DNA from: Octopus bimaculoides
Lineage: Eukaryota
Direction: 5' to 3'
Length of the DNA stretch: 64,000 nt
Assembly: GCF_001194135.2 (NCBI RefSeq)
Contig: NC_068988.1
Coordinates: 37,990,264-38,054,263, forward strand
Under the pieces are notes generated by a model, which ran no database searches, was not told the DNA's origin, and saw only the letters and a program-made list of their open reading frames with translations. The stretch's first letter is position 1. Every line of letters starts with the position of its first letter. Below, one piece after another: positions 25,579 to 40,708 of this stretch. The translations under genes and the position numbers were made by a program.

Positions 25579-26930
25579 ATCCAGTATACTCTGCAAAGTG
25601 GTTAGCATTAGGAAAGGCATCTAGCTGTGGAAACTAAGCCAGAACAGGCTATGGAACCTTGTATGATCCCTGGCTTTGCCAGTTTCTGTCAAGCCATCCA
25701 ACCCATGCTAGCATGGAAAATAGACATTAAATGATGATGGTGATGAGTATCTAGAAATTTCTACATTCATGCTGTTGTATCAAAGCATTGTAACTTGTCT
25801 CTCATCTAATCTGGGTCATTGAATGGAAGATCATTGTTATTAACTGGTCTCCTACAAAGTTTATTCATGCTAAGGCTATAGCAGCACATAATTCATTACA
25901 TACAAAAACTTCATTCAATTGAATGATATTGAGCTGGTAGCCAATCTTAATCATCATATACAGTGCATGAAATGCTATTAAATATTTTAGAGCATTAGAC
26001 AAAATGACATGTGGTATTTGTTCTGGCTCTTTAAGTTCTAAGTTCAGACCCTACTGAGGTCAGCTCTGTCTTTCATCCTTCCAAGGTCAATAAATTTAAG
26101 TACCAATCTAGTAATGACATCAATGGTATTAACTAAATCCCTCTGCCCAAAATTGCTGGCCTTGTACCAAAATTTGAAACCCTTATTATTGTTAGTATTA
26201 CTGATATTGTCAAACTGGTTCAGTCCTACTGTGGCACTTTAGGTAAGTGTCTTTGCATGTGTGCTTGTGTCTTCTTGTCTCGACACTACCTGATAGTCAC
26301 ACAAGAAGTGTCCTTTGTTTATAAAGTGCTGTGAAAATATGTTTGGTCATGAGGAAATATTAACTTGCTTGGAAAAAGGTGAAAGTTGGTGATGAGAAGA
26401 ATATCTGGCTGTAGAAAGATTAAAGCCTATCTCAGTAAATTCTGTTTGACCCATGCAAGCATGTAAAAGTGGACATTACCACAGTGATGTTCATAATGCA
26501 TGTGTGCATGTGCACGCACACACAAACACACACAAAGTAGCAAAAATCCACTAAGAAAAGTAAGAAAGTAAAACTATTTGGCTCACAACTCCATACACAA
26601 GATGCTAAGTATTTCGTTATTTCATTCTTGAAATTTATATTTATCTGACTCATGTGTCCCCACATCAGACAGAAGCTATTAATTTGAATTGCACACAGCA
26701 TTGCATGTTTGTGCTGAGGTGAATTACCTTTGGCATTTAATGCACATAAGAGCTTTTTCCATTGTAGTAGTTCTACAATGTTAGGATAGAGTTCATAAAG
26801 TGTCATGAAAATGTCAACCTCACCACTTTTAATGTTACATTGTTTCTGCAAATTTCAAGTTAAATTCTTCAACACATTGAATTTCATAGACTCAATCATT
26901 TTTCTTTTTCTTTCTCTTCTTCTGTTGCAG

Positions 26931-26989
26931 GTGTGTTCTAATTCTACGGTGAAGCAAACCTGCTGATAAGACTTAAAACAGCCTTAAAA
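26931..26989 (+). other. Candidate non-coding (5' UTR) exon, 59 nt
   Basis: Strong acceptor tttttctttttctttctcttcttctgttgcag| and donor AAA|GTGAGT. There are stops in all three frames and no ATG. If spliced to 50377, it places an in-frame stop upstream of the G-gamma ATG. Confidence 0.55.
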
Positions 26990-28789
26990 GTGAGTTACCT
27001 TATCTCCTTGATTTTATTTGCATTTCTCATGATATATATCTTATGTCATTTGCGAAAGTTATGTCTTTGGAACCACCCTCTGCTGTTCCTATAAACATTA
27101 TTGCCAAACCTGTCAAACATGATATAATTTCTGTTTCCCCCCACAGAAAGATTGTTTTTATCACCTTGTTCTGATATTTCCAGATATTTCTCAGTATTCA
27201 GTGAATGCGTCCAGTCATGCTAACAGCTTTCCAAACAAATCATTTTTTTTTCTCTTTTTAGTTGTTTTTCTTTGAAGGTTATAACGGTTCGTTAGTATTT
27301 TTTGTGTGTTTCTATAAAGAATGAGTTTGAGTGTAGGAGGAGGATGATGGGGGCGGGATGTCTCCTAAATAATTATTAGGTGTATTAAAAGTAAGTGTAA
27401 AATATATAAAACTATTGAATATTTTTAAAGACAGGTAAAAAAAATAAATAAAATAAAATAATGAAATAAGAAAAAGCAAATGAAGAACTTTTGGCACAGT
27501 TAAGTATCTAATTGTTTGAAATGAGTTGTTGCTAATTAGATATTATAATTGAATCAGTCTATTAACCTCATCTTTTTAGAGGTGAAAGATTTTCCAATAT
27601 TTGTATCCAAATTATCATTGGGTTTGATTAGTTTGATCTTTCGTCATCAACTGTCTTATTCCTGAATGTGTAGCCAAATCTGACTGGATTTGTGCCACTC
27701 AAATAACAGTATATTAAGATCAAGGAGTCAAACAAATGGAGATATAGTGTGGCTATAAATATTGAAAAAAAATCTTTCATTACTTGTAATGGAAGTTTTA
27801 GCCCTTTTGTTACTATATTTCTATTACTATACACTGCCTTTGCTTCAATTAATTTTGCAAATAATGAAGAATTTGTTTTTATTGGCTCTTACTGTGCAGG
27901 AACTAAGCATACCTGGTTCTGTGTATGTGTGCTTGAGCCACAGGAACCAGGGTAACTCATTTTTGGTTGTAGGGTACTTTTTGGATTTCTCATCTCATAT
28001 GACATAGTGTATATAATTTCAATCGTTTTTAACAAATTCAGTATCTGCATGTTAGTATGCAAAACTTTCATCAGCAATCTGGTACTTGGAACATAAATTA
28101 ACAAGAAATTTTGATGCAAAGTTTCAATTTAGATATTTTAAAACAGGAAGTTTGTTTCATAGAACTATAGGTGCCTTAGGCAGGTTGGTAGTAAAAGGGT
28201 TAAATACTGTAAAATGAAAATCTTATTGGCATAGTTTCCTGGTAGTATTTCTGTTGAGCTCTAACTTAGGAATTAGTTTGACATTTTAACATCATCATCA
28301 TCATCACCATCATCATCGTCGTCGTTTAACGTCCACTTTCCATACTAGCATGGGTTGGATGATTTGACTGAGGACTGGTGGACCAGGAGGCAACACCAGG
28401 CTCCAATCTGATTTGGCAGAGTTTCTACAGCTGGATGCCCTTCCTAACGCCAGGATGCCCTTCCTAACGCCATAACATTTAATAAATTATTATTTATAAA
28501 TAAAAATTTCCTGTGGGATGTAATTGATGAATGTATGAATGTACTCAGCATTTTTCATCATGCATCTCACTAATCACCGTTGATAATAGATATGCAGGCA
28601 TTGTTGATATATTACTGAGAAGGTCTACATTAATGCTTTTTTCTTGGATTTATGGGTACAAAGAAGGACACCTAGCTGGAAAACAGCATGCAAAAACAGT
28701 CCCAACAAGAGCACTCAGAGAGTGCAAACCTCCGCCAAAGCAGCACCAATGTCTTCTCAATGATTAGCTGGAGATGATTTTTTAAATGA

Positions 28790-29063
28790 GAATATCTGAA
28801 ATAAACTCAACTGCTCTCATAAATGAGAATACTAAAAAGGAACTCGACCACTCTCAAAAATTAAGTGAAAAAATGAAAAATAATCCAGAATCCTCGACTG
28901 GTACTGGATTGATCCCAAAATCTAATCAGTTTGTACCAGTCACAAGGCCAAATATCCCTGCAAGTTTCATCCGAATCCATCCAGTGGTTCTTGAGATATC
29001 TTGTCCACAAACAAACACAACATAAAACAATACCTCCGCCTTCACTAAGGCGGAGGTGAATAT
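28790..29063 (-). mobile_element. HINE/DINE-1-like (Helentron-associated) or Crypton-associated non-autonomous element
   Basis: Terminal perfect hairpin ACCTCCGCCTT-CACT-AAGGCGGAGGT (29032-29057), followed on the minus strand by tgtttgtttgtggacaagatatctcaagaaccactggatggattcggatgaaactt. The class assignment is uncertain. Confidence 0.55.
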
Positions 29064-30406
29064 TAGTAGATATGTAAGGTAGCCTGCTTTCTCTGAGCAG
29101 ATCTATGGTCTAAGGTATTCCAGTTGTAACCATCCTATCTATTTTTCAGGCATAATTACCCAATATGTCCTTCCTAGTTTTTGAAGATGATTAGGGGAGC
29201 AGGATTTGAGGGAAATTTGGATGCTATTTTTAGCAGATTAAGCAGGCACATAGATGCTCTCAAATTATTGTGAAATAGTTTCAGTAGTGTTTAGAGACTA
29301 AATAACTAGTAGATATAATGAACAAACAAAGTTATAGACTCTGCAAGCCTTAAGGCAAGTCACCTTATCTAGCTCAGATGCATGGCTGAGGGGAACTCTG
29401 AAATTCTGGCAAGTAATCTCATTTGTGCCAATGGTGTGATAAAATACTCTCAGTGTTTGCTGTAAAGCGACTGGCAATAGGAAAGGCATCCAGTTGTAAA
29501 AACCATGTGAAACCGTGTCATATACAAAAACCGTAGAGTTGGCCATTTTTCTCTGTTATTGTTTGTGCCAGGTGATGAGTGGCATGATGCTATAAAAGCC
29601 ATTCAACTTGTGCCAGCATAGAAAAACAGGCATTAAAGTTATTTTAATGAGTGGTGTAGGTCTACTTGTGTGTTAATTAAGAAAATATAATTAAAGCAAT
29701 AGAAGTGTTTTCTTGAATGTCTGTCTTTCCATCTAATTTGTCCAAATTTATTGCCTTATGATGATGGCATAGGTTTAAAACTAAAGACATGATTTTTATT
29801 TTTTGATATTTTGTTCATTTATAAATTTTATTGATTAATTATATATATTTTGAAATTGCTTGTTTTGTTGTCATTATTTTGTTCATGATTATTATGTTCA
29901 TAATTATTGTCCATAATTTCTTATTTTCCTTTTATTTATTTATTTGAAATATATTTTGAAATTACATGTTAATTTCTGTTCATAATTATTGCTTACAAAT
30001 TCTTATTCTCTTCTATCACATGAATTTGTGTCACCTATGTAAGAAATTGATGTTGTCTACACTCTTGTATTCTCACACACTTTCACACCCATATCACTCT
30101 TTCCTTTTCTCATTCACATCTTTTCACTTTCAACCAATCTATTTTTCTCACATCATACTCTTTCACTTTCTCCTCTATAGATATTCCCTTTTGATTATAC
30201 TCTTTCTCTCTCACATACTCTCTCTTTCTCTCACACATACTCTCTCTTTCGCTCTCACATACTCTCTTACTTCCTCTCTCTTTATCATGTACATATTCTG
30301 ATTTTCACTCATACAATTTTCTCTTCATGTGTTTTTTTTCACTTTCTTTCTCAGTCTTTTCATACCCACTCAACATGCACTTACTGTTTAATTTTGTTTC
30401 ACTATT

Positions 30407-30453
<47 letters not shown>

Positions 30454-30836
30454 NNNNNNNNNNTTATGATCCTACTATAGCTGTGACATTAATCTCTCCT
30501 TTAAGCCTGCCAATTCTATATGCAGGTACAAATTGGACTATTCAAACACAATGGCAAACTAGATTCTCTTGTCCATCTTACATAGTGTTATATTAAGTTC
30601 TCTCACAATTTTCTCAGAAAGAAATGTGGTGGTGGTGGTGGTGATGGGCGAAAAAACCCCCCAAAAAACCCCCCTGGTTCCTCTGAGAACACAAATTGAG
30701 ATGTAACACATACAGACTGTGACATTGCAATAGGAAACACTTAATGCTATTTAAATACTGGGGATGGAAATGAATACAGGCAATTACCAATGTCTGAACA
30801 ATTCCCAAAAAGTAGTCCAATAGTTTATGTATACTG

Positions 30837-30879
<43 letters not shown>

Positions 30880-31337
30880 ATGGAGTATTTAAATTTGATT
30901 ATTTCTGGATGATTTTACACAGGAGGTGTAGCTGGTTTGTGGGGTTTCAGAATAACTTGAGCATTTCACTTATTGTCTAAAATAAAGACTCAAAACTTTC
31001 GTTACTGAAAGTGGTTATTGAATAAGGCTGGAGTATAAAAAGTAATGAAGTTTTGTTATTAAGGTGAATGGTAAGATCTGTGTGATAAATTGCTAGCTTT
31101 CCAGATTGATCTCACACAGATACCATATCGCATATCCTTGTTTTACACAAGTCAATAATTATATCATATTGAGACAGGTGCAAGTGTGGCTACATGGTAA
31201 GAAGTTTGCTTCCCAACTGCATGGTTTTGGGTTCAGTCCCACTGCATAGCACCTTGGGCAAGTGTCTTCTGCTATAGTGCTGAGGCAACCAAAACCTTGT
31301 GAGTGGATTTGGTAGATAGAAATTGAAAGAAGCCTAT

Positions 31338-31368
<31 letters not shown>

Positions 31369-31373
31369 ATGTA

Positions 31374-31405
<32 letters not shown>

Positions 31406-31925
31406 CATCCAGTGTTTTAAATCTGGGTTTTGTCCCTGTTAACTAGGGTGGCCATCTACCTCAATGTCATAGCAACCGAAGTAGGCAGGTGCAGCCCACC
31501 CCAAACTTTGGGCTGGCTGGTGCCCATTCCCCTTCGCTATCATGAGGCTTTTTTGGAGCTGAATTTTCTATGGGGAACATGCCCTTGTTTACCCCCAACG
31601 TCAGTTTTTAGACATGAGTGGTCCCAAGACCAAGGCCTCTACCATGATTTTTAAGAAATATGGTGGTAAACTAGCTCAGGAAGGCAGGGACGCTACTCCC
31701 TGACACCCCTTTTGGAGCCACTCCCCACCTATATATATATATATATATCATCATCATCATCACCATCGTTTAACATCTGCCTTCTGTGCTGGCATGGGTT
31801 GGACAGTTTAACAGGAGCTGGCCAGGCAGAAGACTGCACCTGACTTCTGTGTCTGTTTTGGCATGGTTTTTACAGCTGGATGCCCTTCCTAACACCAATC
31901 ACCCTGCAGAGTGGAATCCAATATA

Positions 31926-31968
<43 letters not shown>

Positions 31969-32072
31969 TCATCATCATCATCATCTTCATCATCGTTTAA
32001 CGTCCGCTTTCCATGCTAGCATGGGTTGGACGATTTGACTGAGGACTGGTGAAACCGGATGGCAACACCAGG

Positions 32073-32115
<43 letters not shown>

Positions 32116-33310
32116 GAGTAGGCATAACTATAGTTACAGGCATATATGTGTATGTATGTGTGTGTACAAAATAATACAATAAAATGATAACTAAGCAAAC
32201 AATAGATATTAGGTCAGATTATGACATATTTATATTTACATTGCATAAACAAGTATAAATCACAGATCATTAAAATAGGTCCCTTATGTTTACATCATAA
32301 GAATTTAGAAACTTCAAGAGAGAGTGAAATCATTTTTTTTTAATATTTTGATATTTAAAGTAATTAAAGCTGTAAATAATAGCTTGTAAATATTGGGTTT
32401 AACCCTTTAGTATTTAAACCGGCTATATCCAGCCAAAGTATTTAATCTGTTTTATGTTCAAACTGACCAGATCCAGGCTCTCACACCTACCCTACAATTT
32501 TATTCTACATTAAGTAATTACACCATCAAGATCTTGAAGATATGAGATAATGCATGATTAATTCAAATCAATGTGAATCAATAAGCATTATGTTTGATAG
32601 AATAATCGGAACACTAAAAGGTTAAAAACAAAACAACATTGAAATGTAAGGTATGCCTTTTAAGGACAAAAACAGACACAAAGACACACACGTACACCAC
32701 ACACACACACACACACACACATATGTACGCTGGGCTTCTTTCAGTTTCTCTCTACCAAATCCACTCACAAGGCTTTGGTTGGTCTGAGGCTATAGTAGAT
32801 ACTTGTTCAAGGTGCTACACGCTGGGACTGAACTTGGAACTATGTAGTTGAGAAGCAAGCTTCTTACCACCCAGCCACACCTGTGCCTATCATTGAATTT
32901 TTACATTTTTATTGAATTTATGTTTATTATTGAATTTATACATTTTCAATGGCAACGTAAAAAATTTCTACAGACAGCATGTTACTTGTGAGATGTTTGG
33001 AAAGCACCTAATTTTAAACAAAAATATTCATTTATATTAACTGCTGTTTCGTGGAGTCAGAAGAGTAAATTCTTTTTGGCACACATGTTGGTAAATTTCA
33101 AAAATAGCATTGGAGAAAAGTAGAGAAGTGTCAAACATATTAAGAAAGCTGTTTATATTCTGATTGTTCTTCACAGCCAATGAAGAATTTCATAATTACT
33201 TTTATCTTCTTTCACTAAATGGTCTTGTTATACTAATAACTTCTGTAATTTGACATCTTGTATGTACAAGATCTAACGTGTTAATTGGATTTTTGTATGT
33301 TTACCAGACG

Positions 33311-33351
<41 letters not shown>

Positions 33352-33361
33352 NNNNNNNNNN

Positions 33362-33398
<37 letters not shown>

Positions 33399-36300
33399 GT
33401 TGTTATATATGAACAAGGAAAAAAAGTAATCACTACAAGAGAAAATCATCGTCATCTGTGAAAACCTATGTTGCTCTGAATTATAGATTTCTTTTGACAA
33501 GGCATCAGGCCAATTGAATCAAGTTTGATATATTATTCTAACTCTTTGTAGTACTGATCTTAGTTGAAAGGTTAAAGAGTTGCATTACGGATTCCAATTT
33601 GTCAGTTATGACGCATTAAACTAAATGTTGCGAAATTTCTATGTCTGGTTGTCTACCATCTATGCCATTGAGGATGTGGTGATAGAATTCTTGTAAGACC
33701 ATTTGCTGTTAGTCTTTAAGGAGTAACTGGCACTCTAGCTTTATGCAGACCGTTTCTTTCTACACATTCACTGTGTGCTGACTTCAGAGCAATCTAGCTT
33801 CTCGACAGATGGAATCAACTTCTGGAGAATCAAAACATTTTGTGTCTTGAGGAAAGGCCAACAGGAATATGATGATGATGATCAAGCCAATGAGGGAATC
33901 TCAAAATGGTCACTTAAACTGCTGAAAATAACAGCCCAATCACCTTCAAGTGACACAATCTTAAAAAGGGGAAAGGCATTTGATAACGTTCTTGATACAT
34001 ACTGTTTGGAAAAATGGGATGGGCATAGCTCAAATGTCTTTCGTCATAGGAAGATCTACATAAACATTTTAGAAATTTGGTAGGTGTTAGGAATGATTAG
34101 GCAGATTAGTATGTGTAGTTCTTTCTTTCTTTTTTTTACTTAACTAGTCTGGGATATATGTGTTTGTGTTAACTCGGTTAAGTAATGTGTGTTGATAAAT
34201 TAGTCTTTGTGTGAAATGAAGTGTTTTGCTCAAGAACACAGTGTACCACCAGTCTAGGAATTGAAACCATGATCTTTTGGTTGTGAGTGCAACTCCCTAA
34301 CCACTAGGCCATGTGCCTTATTGTGCATGTTATATTGATGAAATCAATATCAAGTGATATATTGATAGGCATGTCACTGACTGTATCTTTGGATTTTGTT
34401 CATAAGAAAGATACACTTACACTTCAGTGTAATCCAAATTGATACCTAGATATTAAAGAGGAGGCTTCGTTACTGTTTTAGGATATACATATTGAGATCA
34501 TATTTTGGGAGTAATCAAGAATTTAGCAGAGATTTAATAAAATAACTGTTTCATGAAGCTGGTATTTGGAACATAATAGGTTCTTACATAAGATTTTGAT
34601 AAAAGGTTTTAATTTAAATACATTTTTAAACAGGAGGTTTTCAATCACAGACACAGAGATGGTCTTAGGTAGGTTAGTATATATAAAAAAAAAAATTAAG
34701 TATTATACAATGTTTTAGCTGCCTGTATCATGAGCTACAAAGTTTAGCTGAAATAAACACTAATGTTTTTCACAGACACATTGACACTCTTTCAAGTTCT
34801 ATTTTTTTGGTTTCAATTCACTTCTATTGCAGTTTATCCATTTTTGCCTCTTACTTTTCCATAGTGTCTTTTTTCTCTATTTCTCATGTCCTCTCTTTTT
34901 TCAAATCTGTTCTTTCTTACACCTGTTTTCTCTTCTCTCTTTATTACTAGCTTTTTCCTTCCCTCTTTCACTGTCCTTTCTTCTTTCTCTTTTCCTTCTC
35001 TCTCACCTGTTATTTCATTTCTTTCTCAGCTCTTTCTTCTTCTATTACTCCCCTTTTCTCTCTTTCCCCTTATTTTAATCATTGAGCATTCATTTTTGCT
35101 CAATTATTTTCCGATTCTTTATTTTAAAAAAAACCTTAACTACACTTACTGTAGCTAAAAAAACCCTTATAAGCTTGATCAAATACATTTTTGTCTATTA
35201 ACTTCCCTTGTTAACTTGTTTGTTCGAACTATCACTAAGTGTATTTTCAATTCAGTAAAACCTCAGTATGTCTACTAAAACTTCCGTGTGACAAACTATT
35301 GCTCTATCACCCATAACTATAACTTCAATTCGAAGTGTGTTAGAATGTTTCTCTTTGACTATTTTATTTCTTCGTAAATTAATGAATTTAAAATAAAAAT
35401 TTTATTACTAAACATCATCATCATCATTTAACATCCACTGTTCTTACTGGCATGGGTTAGATGGTTTGACTGGAACAGGTAAGCCAAAGGGCTGCAGCAG
35501 GTTCCAGTCTGATTTGATGTATTTTCTATGGCTGGATACCCTTCCTTAATGTCAACCACTCCAAGCGTGTAATGGGAGCTTTTTATATTTCACCGGCAAC
35601 AGCCACAACTACAACTTGACTGGTACCATTTACATGACACTCGCTATGGCCACAACCACATTGGCTTGACGAGTCTTCTCAAGCACAGCATTTTTGTAAA
35701 GAATGGTTTGGATCCTGTTCAGCTGAGTTAGTTTTCAATTTGGCAAAACCAGTAATATTGTGATAACCTTGGATTTTGTTTACTAATACATGTTTGATAA
35801 AATGGCTACCTAGCTGTTCTTCATTAACACCTAGTTAACGAGACTGGTTCAGTTTTATTGTCCCAATACTGTTTTGTTATTACTTCTCTGGTGATGTTTT
35901 TACTAAAAACATCTTGTGTTAAGGATCTTCTTTGATCTGATAACTGAAGTTTCTTATATCTTTCGACTTTTACTTTTGTTTCAGTCATTGGACTGTGACC
36001 ATGCTGGGGCATTGTCTTGAAGGGTTTTACTTGAACAAATTGACTCCAGTACTTAGTGTTTTTTTTTTTAAAGTCTGGTACTTACTTCTTCAATCGCTTT
36101 TGCTGAACTGCTAAGTTAGTGAGTACCTAAAGAAGCCAACACTGGTAGTCAAACAGTGGGGTGACAAACACACACACACACACACGTGACACTACCACTA
36201 CCACATTGTTTCTATCAAATTCACTTGCAAGATCCAGTGAAAGACACTTGTTCAAGGTGCCACACAGTGGGACTGAACCTGAAACCATGTGGTTGCAAAA

Positions 36301-36651
36301 CAAGCTTCTTAAGCGCATAGCCATGCCTATACCTATAAACATTCTTTTATTTCAGTTTTTTTTTATTACAATTTTTTTTTTATTACAATTTTTTTTTTAT
36401 TACAATTTTTTTTTTGAGATTTAGTTCAATCTGTTTCATACAACAAACATTCGTCTGATAAAACATCTACATATCTAGTTATTAAGAGTTGTATGTTTGA
36501 TTGGATCAAAAAATATACTTGGTTTATTGACCACTTTGCTGAAACAAATTGTTAACTTAAAAGAGTGTCTGTTGTCATATAGGTCATCATCAACAACATC
36601 TAATGTCTGCTTTCCATGCTGGTGGAAGAAAACTGAAAGAAGCCTGTCACA

Positions 36652-36688
<37 letters not shown>

Positions 36689-37259
36689 GTATGTATGTAT
36701 GTTTATGTGTCTGTGTTTGTCCCCCCACCATCGCTTGACAACCGATGTTGGTGTATTTACATCCTCGTAACTTAGCAGTTCGGCAAAACAGATCGATAGA
36801 CTTAGACTAAGTACTAAGCTTACGAAGAATAAGTCCTGGGGTCGATTTGCTTGACTAAAAGGTGGTACTCCAGCATGGCCACAGTCAAATGATTGAAACC
36901 AGTTAAAGAATAAAAGGATAAGAATCTGTGTATGTATCATGCGTTTGTTCTGACTTTTAACGTCAGTTTTCCCATGCGAGCATGGCTTGGACAGGAACTA
37001 ATATCGAAGCAATATTTTATGGATTGATGCTTTTTCAGGCGAGGAATTTTTATAGATCATACGGATCTTTGAAAGTGCAGCGCGATTGGTTGTAATGTTA
37101 AGGAATGTCGACATCGTTTATGTTTTGCATAAATAGTGACAAGCAAAATGTCAACATTTGTGCACCCCTCTCACTCATGCATGTGTATATATACATACAT
37201 ATATGTACACACATGCACATATTCAAATGTATGTACATGCATGTCTATATTTCCATACA

Positions 37260-37313
<54 letters not shown>

Positions 37314-37689
37314 TACATATGTGTGCGCATGTGCACACACAAGTATATATACATATAACCCTGTGGCTTAGTGGTTAAAATATTTGGTTCACAATTGTAG
37401 GATTGTAAGTGCAACTCCTGGTGGTGCATTGTGTCCTTGGACTAGATGCTTTATTTAATGTTGCTCCAGTCCACTCAGCTGGCAAAAATGAGTAGTACTT
37501 GAATGTCAAAGGACCAGCCTTGTCACACTCTGTGTCACACTGAATCTTCTCAGGGAACTACATTAAGTGTATGTGTCTGTGGAGTACTCAGCCACTTGCT
37601 CACTAATTTCATGAGAAGTGGGCTATTCTGTTGATCAGATCAACTGGAACCCATATCATCTTGCATATAAGTGTGTGTGTGTGTGCGCG

Positions 37690-37726
<37 letters not shown>

Positions 37727-38187
37727 ACACAATTTCAAAGTAAGGTGATTAAAATCAAAATAAGCAACAAGGATATCCAGAGGTAATGCATTACGATCGT
37801 TTCATGCAACTCCATTTAATTGAACAATGCAATCATTACATCAATTTAAATGCAGACCAATCCTCAGCTGCACAAAGACATAGAATTTAATTAAATTAGA
37901 ACAGATGGACACATTAGTAACATTAGTAACTTCTATGCAGAATTGGAGACAACATGTTCTTTGTCTATCTCCTTAACTTTTTTTAGGTATAATTATACTA
38001 ATGTGTCTATCTGTTCTAATTTAATTAAATTATATGTCTGTGTAGCTGAGGATTGCTCTGCATTTTAAACTGATGTAATGATTATATTGTTCAATTAAAT
38101 GGAATTGCATGAAACAATCGTACTGCATTACCTCTGGATATCCTTGTTTCTTATTTTAATTTTAATCACCTTACTTTGAAATTGTAT
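37727..38187. mobile_element. Fold-back MITE with ~190-bp inverted arms
   Basis: acaatttcaaagtaaggtgattaaaat...gacacattag versus ctaatgtgtc...atcaccttactttgaaattgt (reverse complement). Confidence 0.85.
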
Positions 38188-38243
38188 GGATAATACTGCA
38201 CTAAATTCTGGTGCCTCAACTTAAGTACCATATTCATCTGAAC

Positions 38244-38277
<34 letters not shown>

Positions 38278-40340
38278 GCACAATGTAAAAACATACCTTC
38301 AATGCAAGTCTCTAATGTCTAAAACTGCAAATATTATGTGATTTTTCATTTAGAATTTTTGCTTATACTGGCATTGCAAATAGAGATGGTACAGAAACAA
38401 TTGTAACTCATAACTAAAGATGTGCTAAAGAATTTTCCCTGTCTTCTTCTTCTTTTCATTGATATATATATATATATATGTAATATAGCATGCACACTAT
38501 TGTGTAAAAGTCAAGCATGTATAAGATTTCTCTGATTCCTTCAAAATATGTAAAAGATAAGGAAAGGTTATGTTATGTTTAAATATTTACATAAAGTAAT
38601 TTCTTGGTGCACATTGATAAAAATCTGACTCTAAATTAATGTTTATAACTAATAATCAGTAGAGCTACCTTGAGCTGATAAAACATCAATTCTCTTTGGA
38701 ATTCTAAGCTGTAATTCTTGCAATATAATCTTGTGGAATATTATTCCAAACATTTTGAAATAACCTTCTGTAGCTCATCAGGTCTGCTTTAAGGGGACTC
38801 ACATCAGCAACTGAATGTCCCCAGGTTGCTGATTTTTAAATTTTTCCTATGTTTCTATGTGATAGCACTGTGTTTTAATGTCATTGTCATATGGAAAAGT
38901 AATTTTGTTTCCCAATCGGTTACCTTCCAGATAGCTTTGTATTATGGATTATTATTTGTTAGCATTTCACAGCATTAGTTGTTCTATTTTTATTAAAACT
39001 TTCGCTCTTTTGGTTGAAAAGTGACTCCAGGCATTAACAGAACCTGTTTTATGTTTGTAGATTTTAAACCTATTTCTTTTTACTCTATGTACAAGGCTTG
39101 AAATTTTTGGGAAGGAGACTAGTCACTTACTTGACCTTCTGGTGTTCAACTGGTACTTATTTTAGTGACCCCGGTGCTTAACTGGAACTTACTCTTTCAA
39201 CCATGAAAGAATCAAAGGCAAAGTTGACCCCAGCAGAATTTAAACTCAGAATGTAATGAGTCTGAAGAAATCTCACTAGGCATTTTGCCTGTCATGCTAA
39301 TGACTCTGTCAGCTCACTGCCTTTGTCGAAATTAGTAATAAGGAAAAGCTCCAGAAAGATAACCCAGTCTCTTAGTTGACAGGGTAGTAGATGGGATGAA
39401 GGGGTGGTGTTTGTGATATCGAGGGCAGTGGTAGTGATGATGATGATGTCGATGTTTTACATGTTGCTGTCTATTTATACCAAAAATCTTGGCTTATCAC
39501 TCCGTAGTTCATTTTCCCATTAGTCAGTACACCATCTTATGTATGTCGTGGTAGATGTGAGTCTCTTTTGCTTATTCCTTTTATATAAGAATAGTTACGC
39601 ATCTATGAACCCTTCTATCACCAGTGTTCTCTTGATAAACATTGGTGCCAGAGATTTGGGCTAGATTCACAGGACAACTCTTAATGGCTTAAGTTTTAAA
39701 TGTATAACACCAGCTTGGGGCTGTTTTGAGGGCCTCATATTTTTTTTATCTTCGTCCTTCCAATCTCAGTTTCACTTTGACGATTTCCTAGTTGCTATAT
39801 CTTGAGTTCCTGAACCTTTCTTGATATTTTGGATGAAGATATTTCTTGTACACAGTAAAATATGATCTTAGTCTTATTTACAACTGATACCTAAGTCATC
39901 TTCACTCTTTGCCACTTGTTTCTTCAGTTTCAGCAATCTGTGAAATGATATTATAGTATCATTAAACCATGTGTAAAAGATATCCTAAAATTGATTTCTA
40001 TCCATTCTCTCTCTAAAGCATCAAGACTGCTTGTAGAATATGGCATTATGTAAATTAAGAAAAAAATTTAAAAAATTATGCAGCAGACTTCTTCCCTTGT
40101 ATATGATACTCTTGAGAACCAACTCTGCACAGATGACTAAATGCTAGTTCTTCCTTCACATAATTCAATGTGAATTTTGAATTATTTTATAGAATTTCAA
40201 TTAAACTCTAATGCATCTTACATGAAGTTAGTACATAGCATATAGTATAGTGCTGTTATTGCTGTTCATATTCAAAGCTGGATAAAAATACTAGGATTCA
40301 AACTAATTGAAACTTCTGCACTGTACCCTGTGTGTTCGTA

Positions 40341-40396
<56 letters not shown>

Positions 40397-40708
40397 TATA
40401 TGGGTAGAGATTGTAGATAAGGTCTTGGAGTTACTTGTTCATTGGAACATTGTTAGGCAATTTAGAATTATGGACTCAAAGTTCTAGGTCTGAATGTTAA
40501 TTTCTTCTAGTAAAAACAATGAGTCCAACAAAATGCGTTTTGTTTCATTTACAAACATGTCAGAGATTAAATTAGCCATAAGGGATAACTCCAGAAACAT
40601 AACCCAAACAGTGGTGTTTGTGATATTGAGGGCAGTAGTAGTGGTAGTGATAAAGATGATGATGGTGGTGGTGAATGTGGTGCTGGATTAGTGAGTGAAG
40701 ATCCAGAT

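Noticed and set aside
30841-30876. 36-nt poly(T) as the tail of a processed pseudogene
   Set aside because: No adjacent AATAAA on the minus strand, no TSD and no ORF.
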